Counted from the stretch's first letter, positions 27,716 to 36,406 are shown. The stretch: 36,406 bases of DNA from Elainellaceae cyanobacterium (GCA_051117555.1 JBNPEG010000126.1:1-36406); one strand, 5' to 3'. Program-made: numbers and translations. The notes: a model not told the origin generated them from the sequence alone.

Positions 27716-29116
27716 GTGTGGAACGGAGTGAAACGATTGGCACAGGTGTCTGACCCGAAACAAAAACATGTCCCCCAAACAAATCAATACCAGCTCGGTT
27801 ATCTAGACTATTCATCATCATCATCAGACCACTCGTTACCCCCATCAAAACTGACGCGGGGGTTGCTGTGGGGATTTTCGTTTCTAATCGCGGCGATCGC
27901 CTCAGGCACATTAGGCGTGGTCTTAGCCTTGATGGTTCCGATTAAGCCTGACATGTCGCAGCAATCTCAAGAACCATTCAAATTGGGCGATCTGTGGCGT
28001 AAGGGTGTTCGTCATCAAGTGGCTCAACCCGTCAACATTCTCGTAATGGGAATCGATGAAGTCGCTGATGTCTCGCCAACCTCCGACGAGATTTTCGCGG
28101 GTCGGAGTGACACCATGCTGCTAGTTCATATCGACCCATCCGATCAGACGGCTAGCATTTTATCGATTCCTAGAGACACTCAGGTCGAATTCCCAGGACG
28201 CAGCGGCGTTACGAAGATTAATCATGCTAACTATGTGGGAGGTCCGCGACTGGCATCCGAAGTCCTCAGCTATAACCTCAATGGAGTCGGGGTGGATCGA
28301 TACGTTCGGTTTAGTACGGGGGCATTTCGAGAACTCGTGGATTTGCTGGGCGGAGTCGAGGTGTTTGTTCCTCATCGGATGCGCTACGTCGATCGCACTC
28401 AAGACTTAGAAATCGACCTCGATCAGGGATTGCAAATCTTAAATGGCGACCAAGCTGAACAGTTTGCCCGGTTTCGCAACGACGCCTTTGGCGATATTGG
28501 CCGCGTGCAGCGTCAACAGATTCTGATGAAAGCCTTGCTGAATCGGTTGACCAACCCAAGCGTATTGCCCCGTATTCCTCAAATTCTTCAGTTGCTTCGC
28601 GACTCGATTGACACCAATCTCACGCTAGAAGAAATGCTGGCGATCGCCAACTTTGGCATGGATTTAGACTCCGAGCAGCTCAGAATGGTCATGCTGCCGG
28701 GGCAGTTTAGCGACGCCAATGAATATCTCGCCAGCTATTGGATGATGGATAGCCCTGAAGTGAGTCAGGTGATGCGAGATTATTTTCACGTGTCTCCGGT
28801 TGGCGAACTAGTCACAGAGCGATCGGTCAGCAATTTGAAAATTGCCGTGCAAAATGCATCCCATGATCCCCAGCTCGTGCGTGAGGTTATTCGTTACCTG
28901 CATGAGCAGGGGTTTGAACATGTTTATGAGATTCAAGACTGGCCCGAATATTATCAAGAGACTCAAATCATCGCGCAGCGAGGCAATTTGCACGGTGCCG
29001 ATCGATTGGAAATGATCTTGGGAGTCGGGCGAGTCATTTCCGCCTCGACGGGTGATCTGGGCTCTGACCTGACGATTCGGGTGGGGAACGATTGGATAGA
29101 CCAACATGGGATTTAG
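27716..29116 (+). CDS. LCP (LytR-CpsA-Psr) family protein with LytR C-terminal domain
   Basis: Single TM, then NILVMGID, GRSDTMLL, SIPRDT, RFRND..GDIGRVQRQQ and C-terminal SDLTIRVGNDW. Start uncertain. Confidence 0.93.
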   Translation: MWNGVKRLAQVSDPKQKHVPQTNQYQLGYLDYSSSSSDHSLPPSKLTRGLLWGFSFLIAAIASGTLGVVLALMVPIKPDMSQQSQEPFKLGDLWRKGVRHQVAQPVNILVMGIDEVADVSPTSDEIFAGRSDTMLLVHIDPSDQTASILSIPRDTQVEFPGRSGVTKINHANYVGGPRLASEVLSYNLNGVGVDRYVRFSTGAFRELVDLLGGVEVFVPHRMRYVDRTQDLEIDLDQGLQILNGDQAEQFARFRNDAFGDIGRVQRQQILMKALLNRLTNPSVLPRIPQILQLLRDSIDTNLTLEEMLAIANFGMDLDSEQLRMVMLPGQFSDANEYLASYWMMDSPEVSQVMRDYFHVSPVGELVTERSVSNLKIAVQNASHDPQLVREVIRYLHEQGFEHVYEIQDWPEYYQETQIIAQRGNLHGADRLEMILGVGRVISASTGDLGSDLTIRVGNDWIDQHGI

Positions 29117-29217
29117 ATGTTGCCCTCCACGCGCCAATTTGGCCATCAATTTAACCGTACTCACTCAACATAATCTTCTAATTAGCGCAGGATAATTCGA
29201 TATCAGCGTGTGATTAT

Positions 29218-29345
29218 TTGATCTCAGCGCGTCATTCATAAGAAATGCTTTAGTTGAATTTGATTCAACATAAACGTTACTTAATTAACACGCGACGTAA
29301 CTTGATCTCAGCGCGTCATTCATAAGAAATGCTTTAGTTGAATTT
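29218..29345. repeat. Two identical 44-bp direct repeats separated by 40 bp
   Basis: TTGATCTCAGCGCGTCATTCATAAGAAATGCTTTAGTTGAATTT at 29218-29261 and 29302-29345. Confidence 0.95.
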
Positions 29346-29447
29346 AGTAACGCATAAGCTGTTATTGAAAACGCTGGGCGTGAATCGAGTGCGATCGCCC
29401 TGTTTCTTCAGAAAGATCCCCGACCATCAATTTCGGCGTACATTGAA

Positions 29448-29503
29448 GTTAGGGCTAAGACGTTAGGGCTAAGACGTCAGGGCTAAGACGTCAAGGCTAA
29501 GAC
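29448..29503. repeat. 14-bp tandem repeat x4 (GTYARGGCTAAGAC)
   Basis: gttagggctaagac x2, gtcagggctaagac, gtcaaggctaagac. Confidence 0.95.
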
Positions 29504-29573
29504 GCGAGTGCCAAATTCTTCATACCGTACCCTCAATTCCCTAGTCAGTTTACGTGATCGTCCCACTCCAGCT

Positions 29574-30083
29574 ATGCTTCGCAAAATTCTAATTCGTCTT
29601 CTTGGTGTATTACTCGTGATCGCGCTAGCGTGCGTATGGATTTTTCTCAGCGCAAAACCTGCGATCGCCGCGATTGACACGGTGAGCTACAACAATGCCA
29701 CCTTAGATAGCCCAGATTTCTCTAACGCCGATCTGTCAGGCAAATCGTTCGTCTCAGCCGACATGCGCAACGGCAACTTTCAAAATGCCGACCTGACCAA
29801 CGCCATTCTGACGAAAGCGGTATTGCTGAATGCCAACCTGGCTGGTGCAAACCTCACCGGAGCGCTTGCCGATCGCGTCTTTTGGGTGGGGGCAGATTTA
29901 ACGAACGCCATTTTAGAAGGAGCGACAATCTCCCGCACTAGTTTTAATGATGTCACCATTGCTGGAGCAGACTTCACGGATGCAATTGTGGATCGCTATG
30001 AGATTAAGCTCCTCTGCGAGCGGGCAACGGGCGTGAATCCGGTGACAGGCGTTGAAACTCGATATAGCCTAGGATGCCGATAA
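29574..30083 (+). CDS. Exported (lumenal/periplasmic) pentapeptide repeat protein
   Basis: Signal peptide ending PAIA, pentapeptide repeats, and a C-terminal LC..A.G.NP.TG..TR.SLGC cysteine-pair motif. Confidence 0.92.
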   Translation: MLRKILIRLLGVLLVIALACVWIFLSAKPAIAAIDTVSYNNATLDSPDFSNADLSGKSFVSADMRNGNFQNADLTNAILTKAVLLNANLAGANLTGALADRVFWVGADLTNAILEGATISRTSFNDVTIAGADFTDAIVDRYEIKLLCERATGVNPVTGVETRYSLGCR

Positions 30084-30121
30084 CAGCACCCCGCAAACGA
30101 TAGGATTTCCCATCAGCCGTT

Positions 30122-30322
30122 ATGTCAGATGAATTGTCTTCTCCCCTCAGCCCATCAGAATTGCGCGAGTGGCACCGTAAAATTCGTGAGGCAAGTCGCA
30201 ATAATGTGCTGTGTCATTGCCGCGTGTGCGATCGCGAGTGGGTGAGTTCTGCAAGAACCTCGTGCAGTTGCGGTAGCTCAAACGTAGAGGCGATCGCCTG
30301 CTGGCAGTTTCCAGACGATTGA
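30122..30322 (+). CDS. Small Zn-ribbon-like hypothetical protein
   Basis: CHCRVC...CSCGS...CWQFPDD, with an ATG start 38 bp after the upstream gene on the same strand. Confidence 0.75.
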   Translation: MSDELSSPLSPSELREWHRKIREASRNNVLCHCRVCDREWVSSARTSCSCGSSNVEAIACWQFPDD

Positions 30323-30346
30323 TTTTCTATTCAGAACAGGCTCCTC

Positions 30347-31045
30347 TCACCGTGCCCATGCCGCCACCGCATCCCATGCGAGGAAGTCTTGGAGCAGCGC
30401 ACCATATCCATCCGCAGTTGGGTGTAGACCGTCGTCACTGAGGCGCGATCGCCACCAGGCATCACCTCGATTCAGCCAAAGGCTTAAAACATCCAAATAC
30501 GGAATGGTATGGCGTTGGCAGGCAGCCTGAGTCAGCGTCCGATAGTGGTGCTGATCGGAGTGGTTGTAATACAAAAAATTTGAAAAGGGCATCTTGGCTT
30601 CATCAACCGGCGTCATGCCCACAAAAAAGACCTGACACAGTTGACTCGCCCGCTCAAGCAAGTGATTGAGATCGGCTTCGAACACGTCAGGTTCGGTGAA
30701 GTTACGTCCGTAGGATCGCCCGAGACGGGCAGAATCGTTGGTGCCCACTGACAGAATCATGACGTCCGGGACGCGGTGGCGCAGTTCGCCTCGGTTGCAA
30801 AATTCGGCCTCTAGACGCCGAGACACATGTTGAACGCCATCTCCTCGAATCCCCAAGTTGTAGAGAATGTGCCCAGGGCTATCTGGCAACATCCACCGCC
30901 GTCGTAGCCGCTCAACCCAGCCTCCGCCTTCAACATCGCCATAGCCGTAAATCAAACTATCTCCCATCGCGATGATTCGATAGGGTGATGAGGTCGGATG
31001 CGGGTGGGGCGATCGCTGACTAGACTGACTCGATAACGTTTGCAT
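30347..31045 (-). CDS. SGNH/GDSL hydrolase
   Basis: Blocks GDSLIYG, NLGIRG, GTND and DGLHP. Confidence 0.92.
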   Translation of the reverse strand: MQTLSSQSSQRSPHPHPTSSPYRIIAMGDSLIYGYGDVEGGGWVERLRRRWMLPDSPGHILYNLGIRGDGVQHVSRRLEAEFCNRGELRHRVPDVMILSVGTNDSARLGRSYGRNFTEPDVFEADLNHLLERASQLCQVFFVGMTPVDEAKMPFSNFLYYNHSDQHHYRTLTQAACQRHTIPYLDVLSLWLNRGDAWWRSRLSDDGLHPTADGYGALLQDFLAWDAVAAWAR

Positions 31046-31480
31046 TCGGTGCCAAGACTCCTCAACGCGACAGGTAACACAACTTTGCTTCTAGGATGTT
31101 CAACAGAGTTTTAACTAGAATGCTTGACGGATTCTTCAAACGGTTCACCATCCCATCGTGCACGGTCATGCTCGTCAACCCCTTGCATCAAAGACTTGTC
31201 CGCTAACGTCATGCCCTGCACATTTATGAATCCAGCAGACTGTATCATCCTACAGAATTCTTTTCAAATCTTTGCGATTTTATAATATTAGCCGCAATGA
31301 TGATGAAGTTCGTTTGAGACGATAGGTGAGAAGTCGGTGTGAAACGCACTGCGACATCCATTGAGTCGAGATTTTCATGCTCTACGCAGCATGGCACATG
31401 TTCAGAATTCGGATACACTTGATACACTGGAGATCGGAATTATGTTGCGATCTTCATTTGCGGGAGTTAGAGCTCAACCC

Positions 31481-31708
31481 ATGATAAAGCGTACTACGAT
31501 TGACGGTCCCCAGCTCATGCGACGGGCAGAAGACTTGATTAGCGCGGCATCCAATCGCTACCGAATTACGGTGCAGGTTGCAAATCGCGCTCAGCGCCGC
31601 CGTTATGAAGAATTTGATAGCTTAGATGATCCGAAAATGAAGCCCGTGATTCGAGCCGTCATCGAAATGTCGGATGAACTAACCCAGCCTGAAATCATCG
31701 GCGAGTAG
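31481..31708 (+). CDS. rpoZ: RNA polymerase omega subunit (cyanobacterial Ycf61 type)
   Basis: [28 protein letters not shown]...[20 protein letters not shown]. Likely start ATG 31481. Confidence 0.95.
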   Translation: MIKRTTIDGPQLMRRAEDLISAASNRYRITVQVANRAQRRRYEEFDSLDDPKMKPVIRAVIEMSDELTQPEIIGE

Positions 31709-31774
31709 CTGTATTTATTTGATAGACGCTTACAGATTCTCTCTAACTCCTCCTATTTAGTTCAGGATGACAGA

Positions 31775-32395
31775 ATGGTGAAGAAGAGATTTAGACCCCT
31801 CTACGGGGCGATCGCCCTGCTGAGCATTGGGTTAACCGTTTTGATGGCTATGTTGCCAGTCAACCCATCTCCTCAAGGGGGAGTATCCTTCTTCACCAGT
31901 CAGCCTGCTAACGCTCAATGGCGAGGCACCGCAGAGGCATCACGGCGTGTCTATGAAGCCATGCCAGAACTGCCGCTGGCGAATGAATATGTAAATTCTG
32001 AAACGGGAGACGTTAATCCTGAAAACACGTTTGCAAATCGCTTCGTCCGCTATCATCTCTACATCCAGCGGCGCTCTCCGACCTTCCGCTTTGATTGGAA
32101 AATTACCCTGGCTGATTACCTAGGCATCAATGACTGGATGCGGGAAGATGACTATCCGGGAGCAGACGTGGTGAGAACCAATCCGCTCGATGGCGATCGA
32201 GACATTGTTCAGAATTTGAGTCGCTCTGAACGAGATCAACTTGTGCAAACGCTGGTCGGCATTTTCGATCCTGATGGGCCGTCATCCTCCAGCCGCGAAT
32301 CCACCGGATCATCGGATTCATCAGCTCCTGGTTCGCTGGATGCTGCTCCGCCTGTCAGAGCAGAACCCGGAGCAGCAGATTTGTTGCTGCCGTAG
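31775..32395 (+). CDS. Exported hypothetical protein
   Basis: Signal peptide (PANA-Q), core with RFDWKITLADYLG, and an S/P-rich tail. Confidence 0.8.
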   Translation: MVKKRFRPLYGAIALLSIGLTVLMAMLPVNPSPQGGVSFFTSQPANAQWRGTAEASRRVYEAMPELPLANEYVNSETGDVNPENTFANRFVRYHLYIQRRSPTFRFDWKITLADYLGINDWMREDDYPGADVVRTNPLDGDRDIVQNLSRSERDQLVQTLVGIFDPDGPSSSSRESTGSSDSSAPGSLDAAPPVRAEPGAADLLLP

Positions 32396-32438
32396 CTCTA
32401 GGCGGGTCTTGGAAGGAGTTATGAATAAACTGGATTAG

Positions 32439-32584
32439 TAAGTAGGTGGGCGGAATCAAATGTAGGATGGGTTAGCGATAGCGTAACCCATGCGGGCGTT
32501 GGTTTATTGCCTCCGGCAAGGCTGCGCCAACGTACCTCAACCCAACCTACATAGGTCTCATATTTAATTAGTCCCACCTACTTA
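32439..32584. mobile_element. MITE with 12-bp perfect terminal inverted repeats enclosing an inverted REP-like pair
   Basis: TAAGTAGGTGGG...CCCACCTACTTA; internal GTAGGATGGGTTAGCGATAGCGTAACCCAT and CAACCCAACCTAC. Confidence 0.8.
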
Positions 32585-32615
32585 GTTTAACGAATTAGAT
32601 TCCAAGTCAGGTGCA

Positions 32616-32981
32616 ATGGTTCGCCATGTTAAAAGTGGGACAGGCTGGCGGTTAGGCTGGGATTCAGATGCGTCTCGATTTAAGGGGCTAGTTGGCGGAG
32701 ACGTGTGGTCTGTTGAGTTAACTGAGGCTGAATTTAACGATTTTTGTCGATTAGTGGTTCAGCTTTCAGACACGATGACTCAGATGGCAAGCGAGCTCAT
32801 GGATGAGGAGAAAATCACGTGTGAAGCGGAGAGCGATCGCCTCTGGATCGAGGCGGCGGGCTATCCGCACGCCTACGACCTGCGCTTTATTCTCTTAACA
32901 GGTCGTCGAGCGGAAGGTGGCTGGCCTGCGGAGGTAGTTTCAGACGTGATTCGAGCATCTCAAACGCTCAGTGTGTTTTAG
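32616..32981 (+). CDS. DUF1818 family protein
   Basis: G.GWRLGWD....FKGLVGG..W.VELTE.EF...ELMDEE.I..E...GRRAEGGW. Confidence 0.88.
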   Translation: MVRHVKSGTGWRLGWDSDASRFKGLVGGDVWSVELTEAEFNDFCRLVVQLSDTMTQMASELMDEEKITCEAESDRLWIEAAGYPHAYDLRFILLTGRRAEGGWPAEVVSDVIRASQTLSVF

Positions 32982-32994
32982 CCATCGTTGATGA

Positions 32995-33085
32995 TATGCA
33001 ATCCCAAATGGGTTGTGAGTGGTGAGGCGGGCGGCGCCCGTCCCACCACTCATACACAATTCACAAGCGATTTAGGATCGCTATA
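32995..33085 (+). mobile_element. MITE copy 3, same family as the copies at 7941 and 21286
   Basis: TATGCAATCCCAAATGGGTTGTGAGTGGTG...TTCACAAGCGATTTAGGATCGCTATA. Confidence 0.85.
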
Positions 33086-33149
33086 TGTAGGGGATATCAA
33101 CGGTGCCCTGTCGAGTTGCACTTTGATGTGATATATTCGTTAGGCACAA

Positions 33150-33223
33150 CGGGGCGTAGCGCAGCTTGGTAGCGCACTACTTTGGGGTAGTAGGGGTCGT
33201 GGGTTCAAATCCCGCCGCTCCGA
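33150..33223 (+). tRNA. trnP: tRNA-Pro(GGG), CCA not encoded
   Basis: Acceptor CGGGGCG/CGCTCCG, D-arm GCGC..GCGC, anticodon arm CTACT-TTGGGGT-AGTAG, T loop GTTCAAATC. Extended -10 TGATATATT lies upstream. Confidence 0.98.
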
Positions 33224-33230
33224 TTTATTC

Positions 33231-33255
33231 AAAACCCGCTCACTGAGCGGGTTTT
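33231..33255 (+). terminator. Hairpin terminator after the tRNA
   Basis: AAAACCCGCTCA-C-TGAGCGGGTTTT near-perfect palindrome. Confidence 0.85.
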
Positions 33256-33378
33256 ACTCTTTTTAGTTTTGCTACATTTTATTCAGGGTCACTAACTAAT
33301 ACTTAACCTATACTCATGGAATCACGCGGGTGCAAACCTTATTAAGTACGGTTTGAGTACTAAAATAGTGGTTCAATC

Positions 33379-34518
33379 ATGGTTAAATCAAGCGAATACT
33401 CAAAACACCAGCGGTCGAAGAAGGGAAACGTTAGCGTTGAATCGGTCAAAGGAATGCTGCGCCTGCGCTGGCGCTGTCCTCACCTGGGCCGACAGCGCTG
33501 CAAAAGCCTGAATCTAGAAGACATTGCCGTCAATCGAGCAGTCGCACAGTAGCGAGCCCTCCAGATCCAGCAAGACATCGCGACGAATAACTATGATGCG
33601 ACTTTGGCGAAATACTGGGGAGACGAAATTCAGCACAAACGGCACTTACGAGTGGTTGAGCTGTATGAGCACTTTGTTGAGCACAAAGCTCGGCAAGTGG
33701 GAGCACGTACCCTAGAAAAATACCGAGGGCTGGCTCACCATCTGGAGCAATTCTTTAAGCAGCAATCCGCCAGCAGTGTGACCTCGACCAAAGCAGCTGC
33801 ATTTGTGGAGAAGCTAGCCCAGCGGTTGCAGCCAATTACCGTTAAGGAACGGCTGGTGATGATGAAGAGTTGCTGGGAGTGGGGAATCACTCAGCGGGTG
33901 GCGGATGACAATCCTTGGGCGGAACTACGGGTGAAGGTGCCGCCGAAGCAGCGGGCACGACCGTTCAGTCCGACTGAAGTGAAAGCAATTTTGCAGGGGT
34001 TTCGCACCCATGCCCACTACAGTTACTACGCGGACTATGTAGAGTTTCTGCTCACCTGTGGCTGTCGTCCTGGTGAAACGGTCAGTTTGCGGTGGAAGCA
34101 TGTCAGTGAGGATTGCTCTCAGGCATGGATTGGGGAAAGCTGGAGCCGTGGTGAGCAAAACCCAACCAAGAATAATCAGTCAAGAGTATTGAGATTCCCC
34201 CCTCGCATTCAGCAGATGCTCAAACGGCGCAGACCTGCACCATGCGACGCAAATGCTTTGGTGTTTCCAGCGAAGGAAGGAGGACATATCGATGACCACA
34301 ACTTCCGCAATCGTGCGTGGAAAAGCATCCTTGCCGAGCAGGGCATCGAATACCGCAAGCCTTACACCACGCGTCACACTGGCACCAGCAATATGCTGCA
34401 AGTGCTACATCCAACGACGGTGGCAGAAATCACCGGGCACCATGTGCGGACGCTTTATGAGCACTATGCTGGCAACATCAGCACGAATCCTGAAATTCCC
34501 GATTTGTGGGAAGACTGA
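33379..34518 (+). pseudogene. Tyrosine integrase with N-terminal arm-binding (DUF3596-like) domain, interrupted by an in-frame TAG at 33550-33552
   Basis: ATG 33379 reads MVKSS...GMLRLRWR...NRAVAQ*RALQIQQDIATNNYDATLAKYW, in frame with the 33604 ORF. Catalytic motifs GCRPGE, TKN, YTTRHT, TGH and EHY are present. Confidence 0.85.
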
Positions 34519-34622
34519 GGCCGTTTGAGGGTCAAAACTTACCGGCGTTTGCGTTGGATCAACAGTCCCAAGTCCATTGGGAGTCGAGAACGAGAATAAT
34601 AATTCTCAACCAGCAGACAGCG

Positions 34623-34922
34623 TCACGCTCCCTTAGATGATTTGACAAGGGAGCATTTGAAGCTGTCTCTAGAAAACTGTTTGCGAAAGTCTTCTACCAC
34701 CTGCCAATGCAAAACCAGATTGTCCTGATTGACCAGCCAGTGCAGCAGCATTTCCCGCACGTAAAGAGTCTTGCGACCGACTTTGACATAGTGGACGCTA
34801 GGTAACCAACCATGCTGTTGTCGGAATCGGGGGAGGCTGTTTGGATGGAGGTTCAAGAGTTCAGCCGCGTCCTTGGTGCTGATGAGGGTGATATCCATTG
34901 TTATGAGGGGGGCGTTGGTCAA
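34623..34922 (-). CDS. Excisionase/AlpA-like helix-turn-helix protein
   Basis: ISTKDAAELLNLHPNSL..FR....W...VHYVKVGRKTLY (MerR-like winged HTH), convergent with the integrase. Alternative start ATG 34898. Confidence 0.75.
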   Translation of the reverse strand: MTNAPLITMDITLISTKDAAELLNLHPNSLPRFRQQHGWLPSVHYVKVGRKTLYVREMLLHWLVNQDNLVLHWQVVEDFRKQFSRDSFKCSLVKSSKGA

Positions 34923-34961
34923 TTTGTGGAAGGAATTTACTGTTCTGAGTCATGTGGCTCT

Positions 34962-36406
34962 CTAAGGGGAATATGGAACCAGTCTGAGGTCTGCTGTTGC
35001 AATTCGGCGACGACCCACATGATGATTGTCGGTTGTCAGTAGAATCTGATGAGCATCGTCTTTGCGGGTGCGATGAGAGAAGACGAGGTCACCAGCGGGC
35101 TTGATGTAGGTTGCGGCGACCCAGCGTTCTCGAATCCAAGCCATCACGAGTTCGCCTCGTTGAGGTTGGAATGTTTCAGTAGATGCATCAGTGGTCGCTT
35201 CTGAGCGGGATGCAGCGGTGGTCATAGGCGGCTCATTCGATCTGTGCGCTTGGGTTTGTTGTGGCGCGATCGCCCCACCACGATGAGATCTAGATTGTGG
35301 TTGTTCCATCGCTGAAGAGGATGTTACGGGTTCTTTGACTTGAGGCGGAGTCGCACTCATGCCAGGTGCAGCCGATAAAGATTCAGAAGCATCTACCGAA
35401 TTTTTGCCTGCGTCAATTGTGTCAATTGGAGCTTGGGAATCATGTTCTATAGGAGCTTGAGCAATTGATGGTGTCGTCAAAGGGGCGTCATCAACGTCAA
35501 TTTCAGTGGGTGAAGATGAACTGTCAAGGTCGAGTTGGAGCTGCTGGTTACCCGCAGCAGGCACATAGGTCATCTCAGAGCCATCGCCCTTGACCAAGCC
35601 GTAGCCTGAGGTTGCCAGCATCTGCATCAGTTGACGAATTTGATGCACGGCTGTCTTTCGCAGGGCGCGAATGCCGCTCTTCAAGCGGGAGGCACTCACC
35701 TCTCCCATGCGCTCGGCAAACTTTTGAATCTTGAGTCCCAGAGCTGCTAGTCCTGCATCGGGAGCATTGTGCGTCTGAATCAGCCGATGCTGCCAGAGGT
35801 AGTAGGCGGCTAGCTCAATGGATTTTTCCAAGGTTTCACCACTGATGAGTTGGGTGGGTGATTCGCCTCGCAGCACGGCATTGACGATATGTAGCCACAG
35901 GGCTAGTCGGGCCGTGTAGGACTCTATCTTTGGATAGACTCGTTGCAAGCCGAGGGCCTCTTCGCAGCGTTGGGCATCCACCAACTGATGCTGCCAGGTC
36001 TCAAACAGCCGCTGGGCTTCAAAACTCAGAAAATAGTCCTGAGCGGGCACCTGCTGCAACTGGGTGTAGAGGAAGGTGAGCGCCTCAGCAATGCCCGAAT
36101 CTTCTTCCTGTTGGGTGAGCCGTAGGTAGCGAGGCGGGGCATTGGCGGCGCAGAAAAGCCATCGGCTCCAGGCCCCGTTGACGTCTTGATGGTCACCCAT
36201 GAGTTTGGCGAGGACTTCCCACTGGACAGCACCTGTGCGAGAGATGGCAGAGCGAGGCAAACAAATCGAGTGCTCAGAGCGGTCAACGATGACGGCTGAG
36301 CCGGTCCACTGGTCGAGTTCGGCCTCTTCATCGGCACCATGCCCGCCGCGATACTGGTTGCGGACTTTGATGTTGCCTGCTAGCTCATCTCGATAGTAGA
36401 GCAATC
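34962..36406 (-). CDS. DUF3987 (YfjI-like) putative replication protein, 5' end outside the window
   Basis: YRDELAG....NQYRGG.GAD.E..L..W.G....VDR, TG.VQ..VL, D.NG..SRWLF and K..SY.ARLAL.LH motifs, followed by a low-complexity linker and a small C-terminal domain. Confidence 0.8.
   Translation of the reverse strand, partial: LLYYRDELAGNIKVRNQYRGGHGADEEAELDQWTGSAVIVDRSEHSICLPRSAISRTGAVQWEVLAKLMGDHQDVNGAWSRWLFCAANAPPRYLRLTQQEEDSGIAEALTFLYTQLQQVPAQDYFLSFEAQRLFETWQHQLVDAQRCEEALGLQRVYPKIESYTARLALWLHIVNAVLRGESPTQLISGETLEKSIELAAYYLWQHRLIQTHNAPDAGLAALGLKIQKFAERMGEVSASRLKSGIRALRKTAVHQIRQLMQMLATSGYGLVKGDGSEMTYVPAAGNQQLQLDLDSSSSPTEIDVDDAPLTTPSIAQAPIEHDSQAPIDTIDAGKNSVDASESLSAAPGMSATPPQVKEPVTSSSAMEQPQSRSHRGGAIAPQQTQAHRSNEPPMTTAASRSEATTDASTETFQPQRGELVMAWIRERWVAATYIKPAGDLVFSHRTRKDDAHQILLTTDNHHVGRRRIATADLRLVPYSP

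Larger units (their letters stand above)
33224..36406. mobile_element. Left part of an integrative element (phage-satellite/IME-like) inserted at tRNA-Pro(GGG); continues beyond the window
   Basis: tRNA followed by a tyrosine integrase, an excisionase-like HTH and a DUF3987 protein. Only one HIP1 site seen in 3.2 kb versus roughly 2 per kb in the flank. Confidence 0.88.

Noticed and set aside
29218..29345. CRISPR array
   Set aside because: Only two full repeats, no GTT...AAC-type ends and no cas genes in the window. Kept only as an unexplained repeat.
31361..31480. N-terminal extension of RpoZ
   Set aside because: Similarity to omega begins at ATG 31481; the upstream TTG frame is probably incidental.
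178..32840. Abundant GCGATCGC octamer as a novel repeat
   Set aside because: This is the well-known cyanobacterial HIP1 sequence.
33604..34518. 304-aa integrase as a complete gene
   Set aside because: TTG start lies mid-domain; in-frame arm-domain sequence extends to ATG 33379 across a stop codon.

Overview
Cyanobacterial chromosomal segment. The HIP1 octamer GCGATCGC occurs roughly 60 times by manual count, and cyanobacteria-specific genes include ycf34, DUF751, DUF1818 and the cyanobacterial-type rpoZ. About 33 kb is mostly core or semi-core: ruvA, sucrose-phosphate phosphatase, a CYP110-like P450, codB, DUF751-rbfA-GH3, an orphan Dam, a fused ABC ATPase, a GT2, pentapeptide proteins, a kinase-WD40, an ADP-ribosylglycohydrolase, two MBL hydrolases, an ABC1 kinase, manC, an LCP protein and a GDSL hydrolase. 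Intergenic spaces hold several MITE/REP-type repeats. The window opens in the right end of an IS66-family element. It closes inside an integrative element at tRNA-Pro(GGG) carrying a tyrosine integrase, an excisionase-like HTH and a DUF3987 protein. The main signals not shown by the ORF track are: (1) an in-frame TAG that separates the integrase arm-binding domain from an intact catalytic domain; (2) an NtcA-type promoter followed by a strand-specific structured leader upstream of an MBL hydrolase and ADP-ribosylglycohydrolase; (3) an uncharacterised protein with three repeats of a helical domain and candidate phospho-Thr motifs near a Hanks kinase; (4) a membrane-anchored PadR-like protein with palindromes upstream; (5) a candidate two-hairpin sRNA; and (6) a perfect 44-40-44 bp direct repeat. 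No complete new system can be proven from sequence alone.
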